Below, one piece after another: positions 11,678 through 31,485 of a DNA stretch of 64,000 nt (positions are counted from its first letter, which is position 1; each line of letters opens with the position of its first letter). The notes beneath the pieces are model-generated. The model ran no database searches. It was not told the origin of the DNA and saw only the letters and a program-made list of their open reading frames with translations. This DNA is from Bigelowiella natans CCMP2755. Taxonomy: Eukaryota > Protista > Cercozoa. The DNA lies in assembly GCA_000320545.1 (NCBI GenBank), contig ADNK01000313.1:1-64000 (forward strand), in the 5' to 3' direction. The translations under genes were made by a program, and so were the position numbers.

Positions 11678-13092
11678 TCAATAGTTGCTCATTACATTTC
11701 TTTGGCGATGACCCGCGGCTTCGCGTAAAGAGTTAAGCCACACCACGTCAACGTCGTCTCTATCATTCTTGTAACGTTTTTTCCTCTTCTGAAAGCACAG
11801 TGTAGACGCATAAATCAATCCCGGTAACCGAAAGAGATATGAAAGATTGTAACCCGTGCCAGATATGTCTCAACTATTTTGGCCTCCTGTTTCTCTGACC
11901 TAGTCCATGACTTCTCATTTACGTCCTTGCAATCAATAAACGAATTATCATGAACTTCCTTGAAATCCTAGAAATTTAGATGTTGAGGTAGAATACCCGA
12001 GGTGGCAAAGGATCTCCTTTTCTGCGTCGTAGTCTCCTCGAAAACCGAACAGGAGATGCTTTTTCTCGTGTCCTGCTTTGATGTGCATCCAGGTTCTTCT
12101 TTGTAAATTTTGACTCTATTGGAAGGTGTGTTGAGTCTCCGTACACCTTTGAAAATGTGAACGATGAGATTTCAATCATTATGCAATGTGATCAATAACC
12201 TGAGACACGGGTAGCCAGTAGTCTACTGGCATACTAATAGATCCCACCATAGGGGCCACCTCTGACTCGTCAAATACGTAAGAACTCGCCCTCAACGACT
12301 GAAGAATGGAGATCTCATCAGCGACAATCATTTTGTAAATAAAGTCTTTTACCTGATCAGTAAAATTTTGGTTGCTGCTACCATCGATTTGAGCGTTCCT
12401 CGCCGCTACGACAGGATCTTGATAAACTACAATAGGGATCGCTGTCGCTTCACGGAAACGCTGTACATGAGCAAATCAAGCATGTCTAACACTGACTTCA
12501 TCAAATAACATGTTTGTACCTCATTGAAAGCTCTGTTGGTTGGGTGCTGCGACCAGTTTCTCGTTGCATCCCTTGGTCTTGATTCCCGCGAGTTCATCTG
12601 GGGCGAGAATGCCTAGTAATTTTGAAAGATGATGAGGTGAAGACTAGATCCCGGGGGAAAAATCTAACCGGTGGAGTGAGTGGTGGTGGGGATAGAAAAA
12701 CAGGCTCGAAGCGGTCATCGTGTGCCTCCTAAATATGATTACAGATTCAGCGGTTGGGATCCTTTCTGCAAGAATTATATCACCTGCGATCCATCACGTT
12801 CTGAAGTCCTGTAATATTTACGCGACTTTGGAAGTGGACTCCGAAACGACCTGGGGATACATGATTGCATGACTAATGAATGTAACTCAAGAAAATGCAA
12901 TTTTAGAAACACCCATCGTTGACTCCAATAGTTTCTAAAGGTCGGCGCTTTCTGGATGAGTTCGAAGGGGTTGTTTTTTGGTTGAGCGAGGGTATCTGGG
13001 CGGCGTCCTGATCCACAGAAGACATCGTCTCGTACATTCTGGGCATAAACTCGTCCATTTTCCCTAGTAAAATGGTGCAAGCTTTTATCCAA
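11678..13092 (-). CDS. Hypothetical multi-exon protein (ends approximate)
   Basis: In-phase exons with canonical splice sites: GILAPDELAGIKTKDATRNWSQHPTNRAFNE|RFREATAIPIVVYQDPVVAARNAQIDGSSNQNFTDQ|SLRASSYVFDESEVAPMVGSISMPVDYWLPVSQ|VYGDSTHLPIESKFTKK... Confidence 0.65.
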
Positions 13093-13815
13093 GTCTATTA
13101 TGAGAAAGAAATGTGATATAGAATGGGGCTAAATTCTATTTCGGTTGTAGGGCTTCATTATCCAGCAGAGGAAGCTTCGGTACCTCCTCTGGTTTGTTTC
13201 GATTGCGCGAAGCTGTTTCCCTGGACAGCTCTCAAGTGCGTTTGTTCTGTGGAAATGTAACATAAAACTGTCATACGACATGATCTTAGAGTTGCATTAT
13301 GTGAAAAAACTCGCTAAATTGCATTGAGTTTGAAAGTGCATCTTGGAAGCGCACCGTTAGAAATACAAAAAATTAAAATACCCTTGTTACTTCCTAGACA
13401 AATGAAAACATGCATAAAGATGCTGGTTTAGGCCCTCTTTTTAGGAAAAAATCAACAATCCCGTTTTTGACTAATTGCATATTAATCATACTGACGACAT
13501 CAAATCTATCCTGACGCATCTAGACATTCAGACATCCTAAACCTCAGAGAATTTTTAAAAGAACATGAGATCTCCATGATCTCTCTGCATTTGGAGGGAA
13601 GCCCTTTCCTTGTGCCCTGCCGCGACCAGAAGTTTGCGACAATTCGACAGCGACTTTCTTCCTTCTGTTATAGGGGGATTCTTAGATACGACAAAGGAGT
13701 TGTTTCCCCATTCTCCTTTGGTGCAATGCCTACCCGCGCAAGCTGAATGTAATACTCTCTCAGGCCGGCAGCAACAACGCAATCCTGTCACCTTAAGCAC
13801 AAACAGCATTTGGTG

Positions 13816-19933
<6,118 letters not shown>

Positions 19934-20739
19934 CGTGGAACGCAAAATTAGAAACTCGACTAGTAGGTCGCATAATTGTAATGATGTACGCAAGTTTACG
20001 TTTTTTTATGGTTCGATTGATAAATATTTGTGTACTAATTGTGTGTGGCGGAGCGGGTCGATATATTGCTATGCACACGATACTACGACGATCAGCCATA
20101 ATGATGTGCTGGATGCCTGCCACGATAGCGTCTCTAAGCTATTTAAAACTAAAGTAATGCGTAAATAGTACTCATCAATTGATGAATCCACCTTGTACCT
20201 TCCTGTACGACACCATGCGCACCACACTAGTACAGAAACAATGTGCGAGTGAGAACTTTATCACTACAGCGGCAGCGGCGCATAGACAAATATATACATG
20301 CATTGTAGTGTGTGCATGCATTTACGCGCGATGTGCAACCTATTTGCACACGTACTCTATGGCACGTGGTAGCGACGTAGCGACATCTAGACATGTGCGA
20401 TTTAGTTATTAGTCCTACGACACATGCATGTGCCACACTACCACGGACATGCACAAGAATCGCACAGATGACGATCAATAAAGCAGAGGCTAGCGTAAAC
20501 TCACTCCTCATTGGTAGAAATGGTCTTCACATTATCCCTTGCCGAAAGCTATGGATAATGCTACGCCCATTATGTATTTCGCAAAAGTTTATGACAAGAA
20601 GAGGTATCATCTTTAATATATTATCTACATTTTCTCAACCATCAACATATCTAAAACTTAGTGTTTCAAATGAATTTTGGATCATAAAGTAAAAACTACC
20701 CAAACATTGGAAAACGTTAGAAGTTCTTGGAGTCAATTA

Positions 20740-22028
20740 TTATGAGCATTTTATGTCCTGTGAATGAAACTTTTGCATCACGGCCCCGAGCAACATATTC
20801 TGAATATCCATAATATTATTGTTACTTTTAAAAAAAATGACGCTTTCTAAGGCATATCTCCGAACATTCTTTCCAACATCTACTACAATCTTACGTAACC
20901 TTGACTATATCGATGTCATCGGAGGGTGCCCACACTGTCAAACGCCAGGTTAAAACTTTCTCCTACAAAATAAATGTATCTATTGGCACTTATTAAAGTT
21001 CCTCATATTGATTACGTTGCCTTAGGTTGTATGCCAACGAGGAAGACTGATCCAGGCTTGAGAGCGCTCAGCGGCCTTCCCCGCCCTTCCACTCCCTACG
21101 TGTAAGGCAGTAAATAGTTTCAAGTATTAAAATAACTTACGTCTCTATGTTATGCATATGGGTGACCGCTGCTCTCCACAAGCTCCTTTCACCAGCTTTC
21201 TTAACGTCCTAAGATATAAAAATTCAAATGGACGCATTTTCGTCTTCTTCCACTCTAAATTGTACGGAATGCCGTGTACGTGTGAAGAGCTCTATCTCAC
21301 CAAGGCTATTGCAGGGCAGCTGTCTTTGACTCTCTTTCGAATCATCGCATCCGCCTTCATTGCAAAGGATACTTATAGAACTTAATCGGAACTATGGGGA
21401 TATGGCTGAAGGTTCTTATAATTCGTTTTCCCGAATCTAATCTTCTTTCTCTACGCAAATCCTTTCCTCAACCCCCATACATACTTCTGCAACAGCCTCC
21501 TTTAGTTCCTTACGGACGATCTTCACGTCTTCTTTATCGGATGTCGAGACCGTGACAATTACTTGCCTCGCAACCAAAAGACTGAGAACGTCAGAAAAGC
21601 AATAAACGTTGCTCATTCGTTAGGCAGGTGATGTGTAAAGGAGATAGCTCACTTGACAGATTTTCTGAATCATTGTATTTATATCTGTACCAATTATTAT
21701 TTAACGAACATCATTTCTATCCTATGCTAGTATCTACAGCAGTCAAGATGGCACTTGTGTTACTACCTGTGGTTGATGACATTGGAATTGAGCACCTTCG
21801 AGTTTGGAAGCATAATTCGAATATGATCATCTGTGTTGACGTAAGTATGGAAAAGTCCTATCTCGATGACCCAGCCTGTTACACCAGCCGCCCGAAAATA
21901 TAGCATAATACACAATTACCGTAATGTTACGTTTGAAACCTTGAATGTGCTTGGAAGTATACACTTTTTACACGTATTCTCGTATGTGATCTTCCTCATA
22001 ATGTGTGCATGCGTATGTATGTGTACGC

Positions 22029-22075
<47 letters not shown>

Positions 22076-24207
22076 AGTTTTTGTTCGAAATATGATTTTA
22101 AATCAGATACACATGTTTTCATAATTGAGTTAGAATCATCAAGAAGAACAACGTCGAAAATATTTTGGGGACATACTTCACGAGACTAGGACACGCCTAA
22201 ATTCAAAGGAACAGTCTTAATTTAGCTATAATAAATACCTGAATGTGGTCACCAATCTGGAAAGGATGAGAGAGAAGCAACATCAAACCGGAGATTAAAT
22301 TTGATATCGTCTGTTGCGCTGCAAACCCGAAAGCAATCCCCCCTATATGTTCAAAAAAACGACAAATTTATCATGATAAATATACGATATTGTATACACA
22401 TTTGCATAGTTTTTTTTGTAGATTCAAACTTAATGCTATAAGAAATATAGGCCGATATGATTCTCACCGACGCCAAACATTTTCTCTAGGATGTCCTTCA
22501 CTTCTACGTTTTGTGTAGCAGAGAGAATAGCTGTTGCCACCCCCCAGTACTGTCCGAAAGCAACACATATTGTAAGAAATTATGGACATGAGAGAGATAA
22601 TCATTATATGACAAACCGCTGCCCATTGCATCGAGTTAGCCGAAAACCGAATCAGTGTGGGATCTAGAAGGCCTCCGTACGTCCGGATGCGCGACAGTCT
22701 TTGTCTATGCAGATGGGAACCAATTTGGTAGACAATAAAGTAGAGGAGAATAAGCTTTGCTTCTTTGCTCAATGTACGAGCAACGCCTGGCTTTGAAAGG
22801 GCGTCTCGGGTAAGGCCAGCCCCCATTGATTCTTGGAGTGCGATGCAAACTCGGAAGGGTTTTGGGGCAGTTAAGTGCATTTCAAGGAAGAAAAAATATC
22901 TGCTTTTAAGATGATCTAATGGGATTTTATTCATGTCGTAGAACACTCGTAGCGGGTCATTTCTCATTATAATTCGTTCACATCTCTGGACCTATGAAGG
23001 AAGTCGTCCTAGATTTTTGAGTAGATTCTACATGTGTTCATACATTGATGTTGTCGGTTGTTGTTTTGGTTGTTATTGGTGTTGTTGGTTGTTAGTCATT
23101 CTAGTCGCATCATTGACTGTCCATCTAGTTTCTACGAGTATGTTGTCATTCACCGAAGTGATTATTAGGGTGAAATCCACTAAGATTTTGTGCCATCCGG
23201 ATGGCACAATAAAAATTCGTTTAAAAAATAAAATTTCGCACCGGCCACATTTCTCAAGGTCAGGTTTTGGCAACCTTGTTCAATGTGGCTACCTGTCCCT
23301 CGCAAAAACATGGCCCATGGTTAGTAATCCATGGTAATCCATGTAATAATTTAGTTAGTTATTCTGTTCGCATCCTTGAAATGATTTTCATAGTGTTTCA
23401 ATCCTATTGTCATAGTGGATGTTGTCTCATGTTGTTGTTGTTGTTGTTGTTGTTGTTGGTTGTTGTTGTCGTTGTCTCTGTCGTCGTCGCTGTTGTCGTT
23501 ATCGTTGTCGTTCGTTCTGAGAATTCCTCAAAATCCGCATCTACAATTTCTTGCCGATTCATTGTATGAGTATCATCAGCAGTTACTGTTGGAATTGGTT
23601 AGGCGGTTCACGCTCACATCAATGGCTGCTTCATCTGTGTGACAGCGATGCGGACATGGAAACTAAATTGATGCTAGTGGGGAGTACCGCTGCAAATGAA
23701 TGAAATCGAGTCTGTCATTGCCGTAATTCACAACGCGACTCACTACACTCCTACATTTTCATCAATACCGGCAAAGTTCCACGAGCTGGCAATATTTGCC
23801 AGATGAAGCGTGGTCGAATTGCTCGACTTCTTTGCAGATGTGCGTCATAGTACATAGGGCTGTCTCAAGGAACAATGTCCCTTGTTTTCCATGCTAAGAT
23901 TAACGGCACTAAGTGGAGAACTCCTTCCGCGAATTGTTTTTTCTCCATCTTACGTTCGATTCATTTGACTTTTTTTCAGATTCACATGCGTGGCATTCTT
24001 TACTAGAAACCTATCAAATTCTTCACTACGACAGAGTAAAAAAAGACGTCTTATAAAATAAATGTGAAGGAAATTGTCAGCTTAATGATGATGCACCGCA
24101 CTGCATCGTCTCAATCAAAGAGAGTCGAAGCCAGCCAGTCGTATTCATTATCCATCCTCCCTCTCTCTCTCGTCATCTTACCTGGAGCAACTCCCACCTC
24201 TCGACAT
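20740..24207 (-). CDS. MscS-family small-conductance mechanosensitive channel with long low-complexity N-terminus; multi-exon, 5' end uncertain
   Basis: Spliced core MFGVGGIAFGFAAQQTISNLISGLMLLLSHPFQIGDHIQ|AAGVTGWVIEIGLFHTYVNTDDHIRIMLPNSKVLNSNVINHS|LLVARQVIVTVSTSDKEDVKIVRKELKEAV...LTWRLTVWAPSDDIDIVK|NMLLGAVMQKFHSQDIKCS* matches MscS TM3, the beta domain and the C-terminal domain. Confidence 0.85.
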
Positions 24208-27200
24208 GGAGAGATCTGATAACAGAGTGGGAACTAGGAATGTTGGGGATGTAAGCTATTCTTATCGTAGTTGTAATTGTTGGAATACGATTTGACACAA
24301 AATGTGTTTGACTTTTATAAATTATTTGTACGATAAATCTAATTTTTGGTTCCACGCTAGGACCCTAATTTGGCTGTTGCATGGGCATTCGCATTAGTCA
24401 CAATGCTTATCTTTCTGGGCTGCAGTTTTTTTTCGCAATCGCAGCTGCATGAGTTCCACAAGACGAGCCATTATCTGCAGGTACTGTAGCACCAGTGACT
24501 TCGGCGCAGTTCATCTTACTAATTTTCCATGTTAGATGCTTGGCTCTCCAAAGATAGTGACTATTGAGCTCGTGTAATACTAATTACTGATTACATGGTT
24601 CATAAAATAAAATAAAAATTCATCCAGCAATCACATGAACACAAAATAATGTGCGAACTTGATCTCAATACTGATCTCGTTGCAAATGAAAACTGAAAAT
24701 ACTCACAACCCTGATTATGATAATTCATGAGTGTGATTATAGATATATTTAGATGAGTTGTCTTTTAACATGAGCAGGCTAATTTTCATATGGAGTTTGA
24801 TGTTCCTTTTAAATGGCACTGTTGGAGGTATTCCCTGTGCGATACTACATACAATCTTGGCGTTGACACAGGCGCTTGTAATATCTATCATCGTGTACTG
24901 GGTTCTAAGTTTTACATCAAAACTGTCGAAGGTAGTCTTAGGAGTTAGATAATTCTTCCTCAGAATACCGGATGCCGTGACTAAATGCGATTTCAGGTGC
25001 AGCTACGTAAGCATTTTGTCGATCGCCAAATGGGCGATACGGTATGGATACTCACACGTCTCGTAGAAATGAATAACGTTCATATATTGCAGCAAACAAA
25101 CTTCATGAATGAAACTCAAGAGCAGAAAACTGAATACAGGAACTTTATATTCGAAGTCCTAAAGGTAGCCATCAATAGTTTTTGCAAGTACAACGTCTGC
25201 ACAGGTTGTGATGTTTTGATGTAATTGATGTAGATGTCGAAGGAACTACAGGCTAAAACAATAGGGATCTATACGTATTCATTTTCAGACCACCACGCTG
25301 AGTTAATGCTTTCTTTGTGCGAGTTAATATTTTGGTGGTTTCAGGTGTTGCACTTTCGTGCTCTGCTTCGGGGTTTCCTTTTTAGATATTTTCGCTGTTG
25401 CAAACAATTTCAATAACAATCGGGATCTCTGTATCACCCGACAAGTTGTTTAGCCTTTTCTGGTGTGGCTATGGTATGTAAAGAGGTGTTCATAGATAGA
25501 TTTTATCAAACAATAATCTTTTTTACGCAGGTTTATGGTTTGGTATTGGAAGAGGGTAAGCAAATTCAAGAACGTTGACCCTTATTTGAACATATATCGA
25601 CTACAGGTGGATTTAGATATATGATTGCTTCCTGTTTACTTAAATTTAAACTTCATGTCAAATTTTTGTATCTTCTTCCCTTATTGTATAGGTGAAGACT
25701 ATTGCTGGTGGTATTTCGTTGATACCTTCTGCACTTGTCTTCTTGTTTGGAGTAAGTAAATCCTGTGTAACTATACTTCAGTATAGTTCCTTAAGATGAA
25801 TTTTAGGTGAAGTCAACTGCAGTCGGTCATTTGACGGTTTATTCCACAGCTTACTTTATAAATCAGATGGGATTGTGGTATCTCAAACTTTCTAATCGAT
25901 CGGACATGCTTTCGAACAAAGCATTTATTAGGTATTCGGACTCGTGGATCCCTCTTCAAGTAACTCGAGATGTGGTCAGGAGGACAAAGAATGCACCTAG
26001 CAGTAAGCATTCGTATAAAGGTAGATGATGAAATTTCCAAAATAGATTTGGTATTTTGAACAGAAGGTCCATCACTCCTGGATACAATTTCGAACCCACA
26101 TCTTCTGGCAAAATTTGAATTATTTCTGGTACATTTCGACTATAAAATGAAACCGAACCTACGTTGCAGCTGAAGAAATCACAAAATATCAGACTGAAGA
26201 ATGGTCTCAAGATAATCTCGACTTCTACAAGGTGAGAATCAATTATCTGATGTATTTTTGGCATCTCAATTTTTGCTTTGAACTTAGGCTGCCGTCCTGT
26301 TCCAGATATCTTCAGATCGCGCACTGAAGCGTGTGTCTAAGCGATGGGACTACGATACAGAGAAGAGCAAAGAAGAACTTGGCTCACACGATCTGTATGT
26401 CAATTTTTAAGTACTTTTATCATCTTCATACTACAGTAATAAATGAACAGAGAATCTAATGTAATACTCAGCTCGGAAGACTTATATTCACAGATGGAGC
26501 AAGATATAATAGGAGTGCGCAAGAAAGCATGGAAGGTAAAGCATGCAGATGATTTTCTTTTCTGTATCCATGACCTTGTAATCAAAAAGGTGTACTCAAC
26601 TTATTTAATGCTGGGAGCTTCTAAGGAAGTGGCTCTGAGTGCTGAAATTACTAGACCGGTTCATGATTTCTTTGCCACGAAAGATTTCGACAAGCTTAGA
26701 GACCAAACTCCTTCGCCATTTTCTCTTTCGAGTAGCCAGCCGAATTTTCGAAATGCATTTCGTAATAATATCGGTCGAAGTTTGCAAACTGAACCTCCAA
26801 GATCTGCTGCGGTAAGGTTCATGTAGGATGTTATCCATCATTCTGATGCTCATGTATGTACACAGTTCGAAAAGAATATTTCCTGTTTCCTTTTTACAAA
26901 TCCGGCAGTTATTATTAAAACATAAGCTCTGAAAGATAATGTTGATAAATAAATACTTAGGGAACTCTAAATTCTGCACCTCATGGCAGTACGACGGCTG
27001 TGGAATTAAAAGACATGTCTAAAACAATATCTACTAATAGTCAACGTGATTACACAGGAAGGTTAGATCTGATGACAGACGCAAAAAATTGCCCTAATGC
27101 TAAGAACTGCTTAAAAAAAATAATGATAAACGGAACTAACGAGAATGAACCCCTGAATAATATGCTGCAAGATTCCGAAGAGAAAGGAGGTAGTCAGATG

Positions 27201-28046
27201 GTCAACAAAAATAAGAGTACCAATATGCATATATATATATATATATATATATATTGTGTCTGTGTGTGTGTGTGTGTGTGTACCGTTTACGGTCACTCTA
27301 ATAATATATCAGTCAAGACGACAAACTCCGCATCTCTGGAAGGTTTAAGGTACAAGGGGCAGAAAGAAATGGGGAATACTGTAAATCATCATAGAAAAAG
27401 CGTAGAGAATGAGGACAAGGTATCGAGCCATGGAGAAAACCAGGAAGCAGAGGTAGCACATTTGGTGGATGACAAATATAATAAGGAACTTCCATCTATG
27501 CGCAACAAAGTGTCTACCACAAGGCTATCTGGTACCAAAATTGAAGAAGGCATCTCCACAACAAAGAATAGAGCTCAGTCTCCCTTTACAATTCAGACCT
27601 TTGGTTCTCGAACCCCAACTCCTCTCCGTGAATTTGAACAAGAAGGAAAAAAGGGGAAGAAGGATCTTGAATCATTTTGTGCAGCAATTGTTCAAGCTGC
27701 TCGAGCAATCCAACAAAGCAAAGAAATTAAGATCGATGAATCTAACGGGAAATTTCTTAAGGGAGAACGTGGCCGACAGGATCCAATAAACTGTACTGTA
27801 ACAATCGACGACGATATGAAAGCAAGTGAGTTGGCATTCATGACAAAGGGAATTTTGCCGAGTAAAAGACGATCAACTTCCCAGACAGGCTACTCTCATA
27901 AAGAATATTCCAAGATAAATAAACTACAAGAGGAAATATGGAGATGTGGCAGTATTTTTGATAAATCACGCCGCAGCATGTACGAGTTAATGGCAAGTGA
28001 TTCGCATAGACGTTTCGTAGCTCGATTAGCAGGAATGTCAAGCTAA
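24206..28046 (+). CDS. 7TM-RGS-like protein (N-terminal hydrophobic helices plus regulator of G-protein signalling domain); multi-exon
   Basis: Hydrophobic exons (LAVAWAFALVTMLIFLG..., MLGSPKIVTIEL). RGS motifs EEWSQDNLDFYK|AAVLF, KKVYSTYLMLGASKEVALSAE and IFDKSRRSMYELMASDSHRRF. Confidence 0.75.
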
Positions 28047-28260
28047 ACTGATATTAAATCTGAACATAACGCCAGAAGGATATACCTGAGAAGAAAAAAG
28101 AGAACAGTAACAATATATGGTGTAATTTCTTATCTCCTCAGAAGTAGCTATGTTAAATTGAGTGATTAAATTAAGTTAAGTGAAGGTCGGGGGATGTATT
28201 GTCGAAAGATTTTAAATACGTCTTAAGATAGCAGTGAAGCGAAAATGATATTGATTAATA

Positions 28261-28960
28261 TGTTGAGTTTCGTTCATCACACGCATCCCAACGCACTGAG
28301 TTCACTGAAGTGAATCCAGAATCGGACAACGATTCGAAAGAGAGAGCATGAGACTAGCAATGACATGTGTTCGAAGATGGCGATCGAGCAATTGAATGAG
28401 ATTGTCACATTCAATGTTCATTTCAGTCTTCCACTTATGTTTGCAAAAGCTATGAGCATCCTGTAGCATGGGATAGATGAACAAATGGCGGTCGCATCGC
28501 AGGACTACAGGCGCCCTGTTCGCGCGTCTGCATGCAAAAGGGGCTTGCGTCTAGATGGGACTAATAGGCCTGCTACCTGTTAGGTGATTCACTGAATAAC
28601 GAAGATGCATTCACAACTGTGTTGCACGATGCTAGGATGGCACGAATGTGCAATGCAAGTCTAGAAGTGCAGCGCGTCACAAGCGGGGCCGTCTAGCTAG
28701 CTAGACGTGTGCACGCAGGAGGCACACGATGCACAAACACTAGAAACAGGCAACATGGCACAAATGCATAGCCTAGCTTGCGCTGATAATCATGCTGTTT
28801 CTGTGCTTGCCATGCTAGCTAGCTAGCATGCCCGTGCGATGCAAGATGGACATAGCTAGATAGTCCATAATGTGCATGCTGAGTGTGCATCATGCTAAGC
28901 ATGCGCCACGATCTTGTGTCGTAGCTCGTTACAATAATCCAGTGCTGCGCGCAGCATGCA
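28261..28960. other. Partially TpA-depleted, CTAG-enriched intergenic domain
   Basis: ~28600-28765 has TA only in CTAG. (CTAG)3 arrays at 28693 and 28815. Rich in TGCA/CATG. Confidence 0.75.
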
Positions 28961-29385
28961 ATACAAGGTGCATAATCATATTTTTTTACGTACGCCACCG
29001 CCAGCCCAGCTAGACAGAACACAGATGTCGACCCTTTTTAGCTCGAATAACAAATTTAACAATGCGCCATGGAATGGCGAAGCTCATAGAACTCATTCAA
29101 ACTATGAAAAATTTGGTACATCAGTATTATTCATCTCTTCGGAAAATATTTCGCAATAACAAAATACAGTTCAAATTTTGTATGTAAGTATAGATCTCAT
29201 CGAAGTTTCATTGCTCGATCGTAGTCATCTAACGCCTTGCTAATATGTACAAACTGTTCATGAAAAGCACTTCCTATTCCTAATCATTTGCTATTAAAAT
29301 TTCTCTCGAATAGCTTTCTAATTACAAAAGAACAGTCATAACGGTTTCGAATGCGCAGGTTGTGTAAACCCAATCAGGTATCATA

Positions 29386-31159
29386 TCAAACAGAATCATT
29401 CTCATCAATTTCTCGTTCTTGAAGTCCAAACGAATCACCTTCTAAGATCTCGCTGCTTATAGAGTTTATAATGTCCAATCGCCTTTTTAAGCGATTTATT
29501 TCACATTTTCTAAATGCATACAGTTTAGTGGAATTTATTCTGGTTTGCATTTTCTTCCATGTCAAGATTAGTTTTTTGTATTCTGGATCTTCAGCAGAAG
29601 TTGCTTGAAAGCCGACAGCACCGTCAGAAAATGCAACCAAATAGAACAAATGGTTATAAAATTGCCTTATAGGATCCGTCTTTTTGATAACTGGAGACAA
29701 TTCGTAGCTGGAGTAAGAGAAGTTAACTTTATTTTCTAACTGTAATTCTCTTTCCTCCATGTCCATGAAAGCCTTCAGGCAAGGATCTTTGCTGAGAATC
29801 TCATTTATCCTCGCCATTGTATTCTATGGAGTTATAGATTTCTCAAAAAATGGAAAGAAAAATTGCAACATTCTACCTGAATCTCGTCGATTTTTGGTTC
29901 TTCCTTTGTAACTAACCGGGTTAGCGCTAGAAATGCCAATGAGACCCTGTAACAATAACCATTCAACTCTATCCAGCATACAATTTTGAAAGGAAACCAA
30001 ATGGAACCTTAGCGATCCCCCTAAGCATTCAAGAATGGCTAAATGACTCTCAGCTCTATCTGTAATGCTTGAGGCGATGCGTATCGCAGTATTTTCAGAA
30101 CATTTCTCAGCAAAGATGATTGTCAAGCTATCCAACGGGAGAGCGGAACAATACGCATCAAGCTTCATTTTGAGCAGAATTCGTAAAATATCTTCAGAGT
30201 CCTGAGCATTTATGCGCCATTTTCCGATCACATTATTTTTTCTTAAACAAGGAATGTAGGAAGCAAAACGATACCGTTGTTGTGAATAACGATGGCGCAT
30301 TCTGAACATGCAACTTTAAAAGCTCTAATATCGTTGCCAACGACCCGATGGCAGGATTTAAATCTTCATCTGAAGACTGGACAAGTCCATTTATATTTTG
30401 AAGTTTGATTCTTTGGGGCCTAATGCCACAGTTCTCAATTGCCTTAATATAAGACCCTGGACTAATTCCGGTTATTTCTTGATTCTCAGCGAAAGAGCTA
30501 TGCTGCATGAGTTTCCAAAGCACCTTAAAAATTTGAGATTGAACTTTTGATAACAATCTTGACGGGATGGACAAAATATTAAGGAGCGAAGGTGCAGATT
30601 TCAATATGGATACTGGAATGCTTGACTTCGTAAGGAAAACAGATTCCTGCAACGCTGTCAACCATTTTTGAAAATTGTCGAGTTTTTTCAGAGTCGGAGC
30701 TTGAACAAGATCGATTAGTTCAAATTTCGAGATCCCCGCTTTCCCATTAATAGGTTCTTCATTCCATGTTTCAAATTTGTATTCCGGAGTAGCGGGAAAC
30801 AGTACTCTTTCTGCTGGAAAACGAAGCGATGTCCCCCATTTTTCCTCTTGCTGCGATTGAATCTTAGCTTTCTGGGCAAGCTCCTCACTTTGCTTTTCCA
30901 GTTTAATCTTCGCAATTTTGACATCCTTTTGCCCTTTTTCGATGGCAGCCTTTCGAAGCTTACTCTCCTCTTGGTTTTTTATCTGGGCTTCAATTCTTGC
31001 CCATTGTGTGTCCAATTCATTGAAGTTTCTGAAGGTTGGTTTAAGGTGGATCCCGAAAACAAAATTGAAATCATTGAATTACCTTTTCTTCCGTGCCGTA
31101 CTCCGCTTCTTTGGTTTTAAAGCAGCGAGTTCATCGTCGTCAGAGGATGAGCTTGACAT
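29386..31159 (-). CDS. Hypothetical protein, ~4 exons, acidic N-terminus, coiled coil and helical C-terminal region
   Basis: ORFs 31159-31083, 31029-30275, ~30200-29876 and 29824-29386 are joined by short GT..AG introns. Starts MSSSSSDDDELAALKPKKR. Confidence 0.7.
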
Positions 31160-31485
31160 AACACGTATGCAAGAGTCGTTCGCGCCTTTTCGAATTTTGT
31201 TAGTACCGGTAATGTACTCTACGACTGGTACATGTATTTCACATCGGAAGTTCCCGCTCATATTTCACTAAAATCAGCCGAATAACTGTGGTTTTATGTT
31301 TAATTTCTGAAAATCGGACTTCCGGTATTCGAATTATGCAAACGGTTAATCTTTTTCTACAAATTATTTCTTCGGCCAATTTTGAAACACATTTTAAATT
31401 CTTTGACAACCCCCTATCTGTCATAGGGGCCAAAGTAACAAGGCAACGACCACCTAGCGATTCTGAGGAGCTAACCACGGCAAAT

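Noticed and set aside
29386-31261. Frameshifted pseudogene or programmed frameshifting
   Set aside because: The frame changes coincide with short GT..AG introns.
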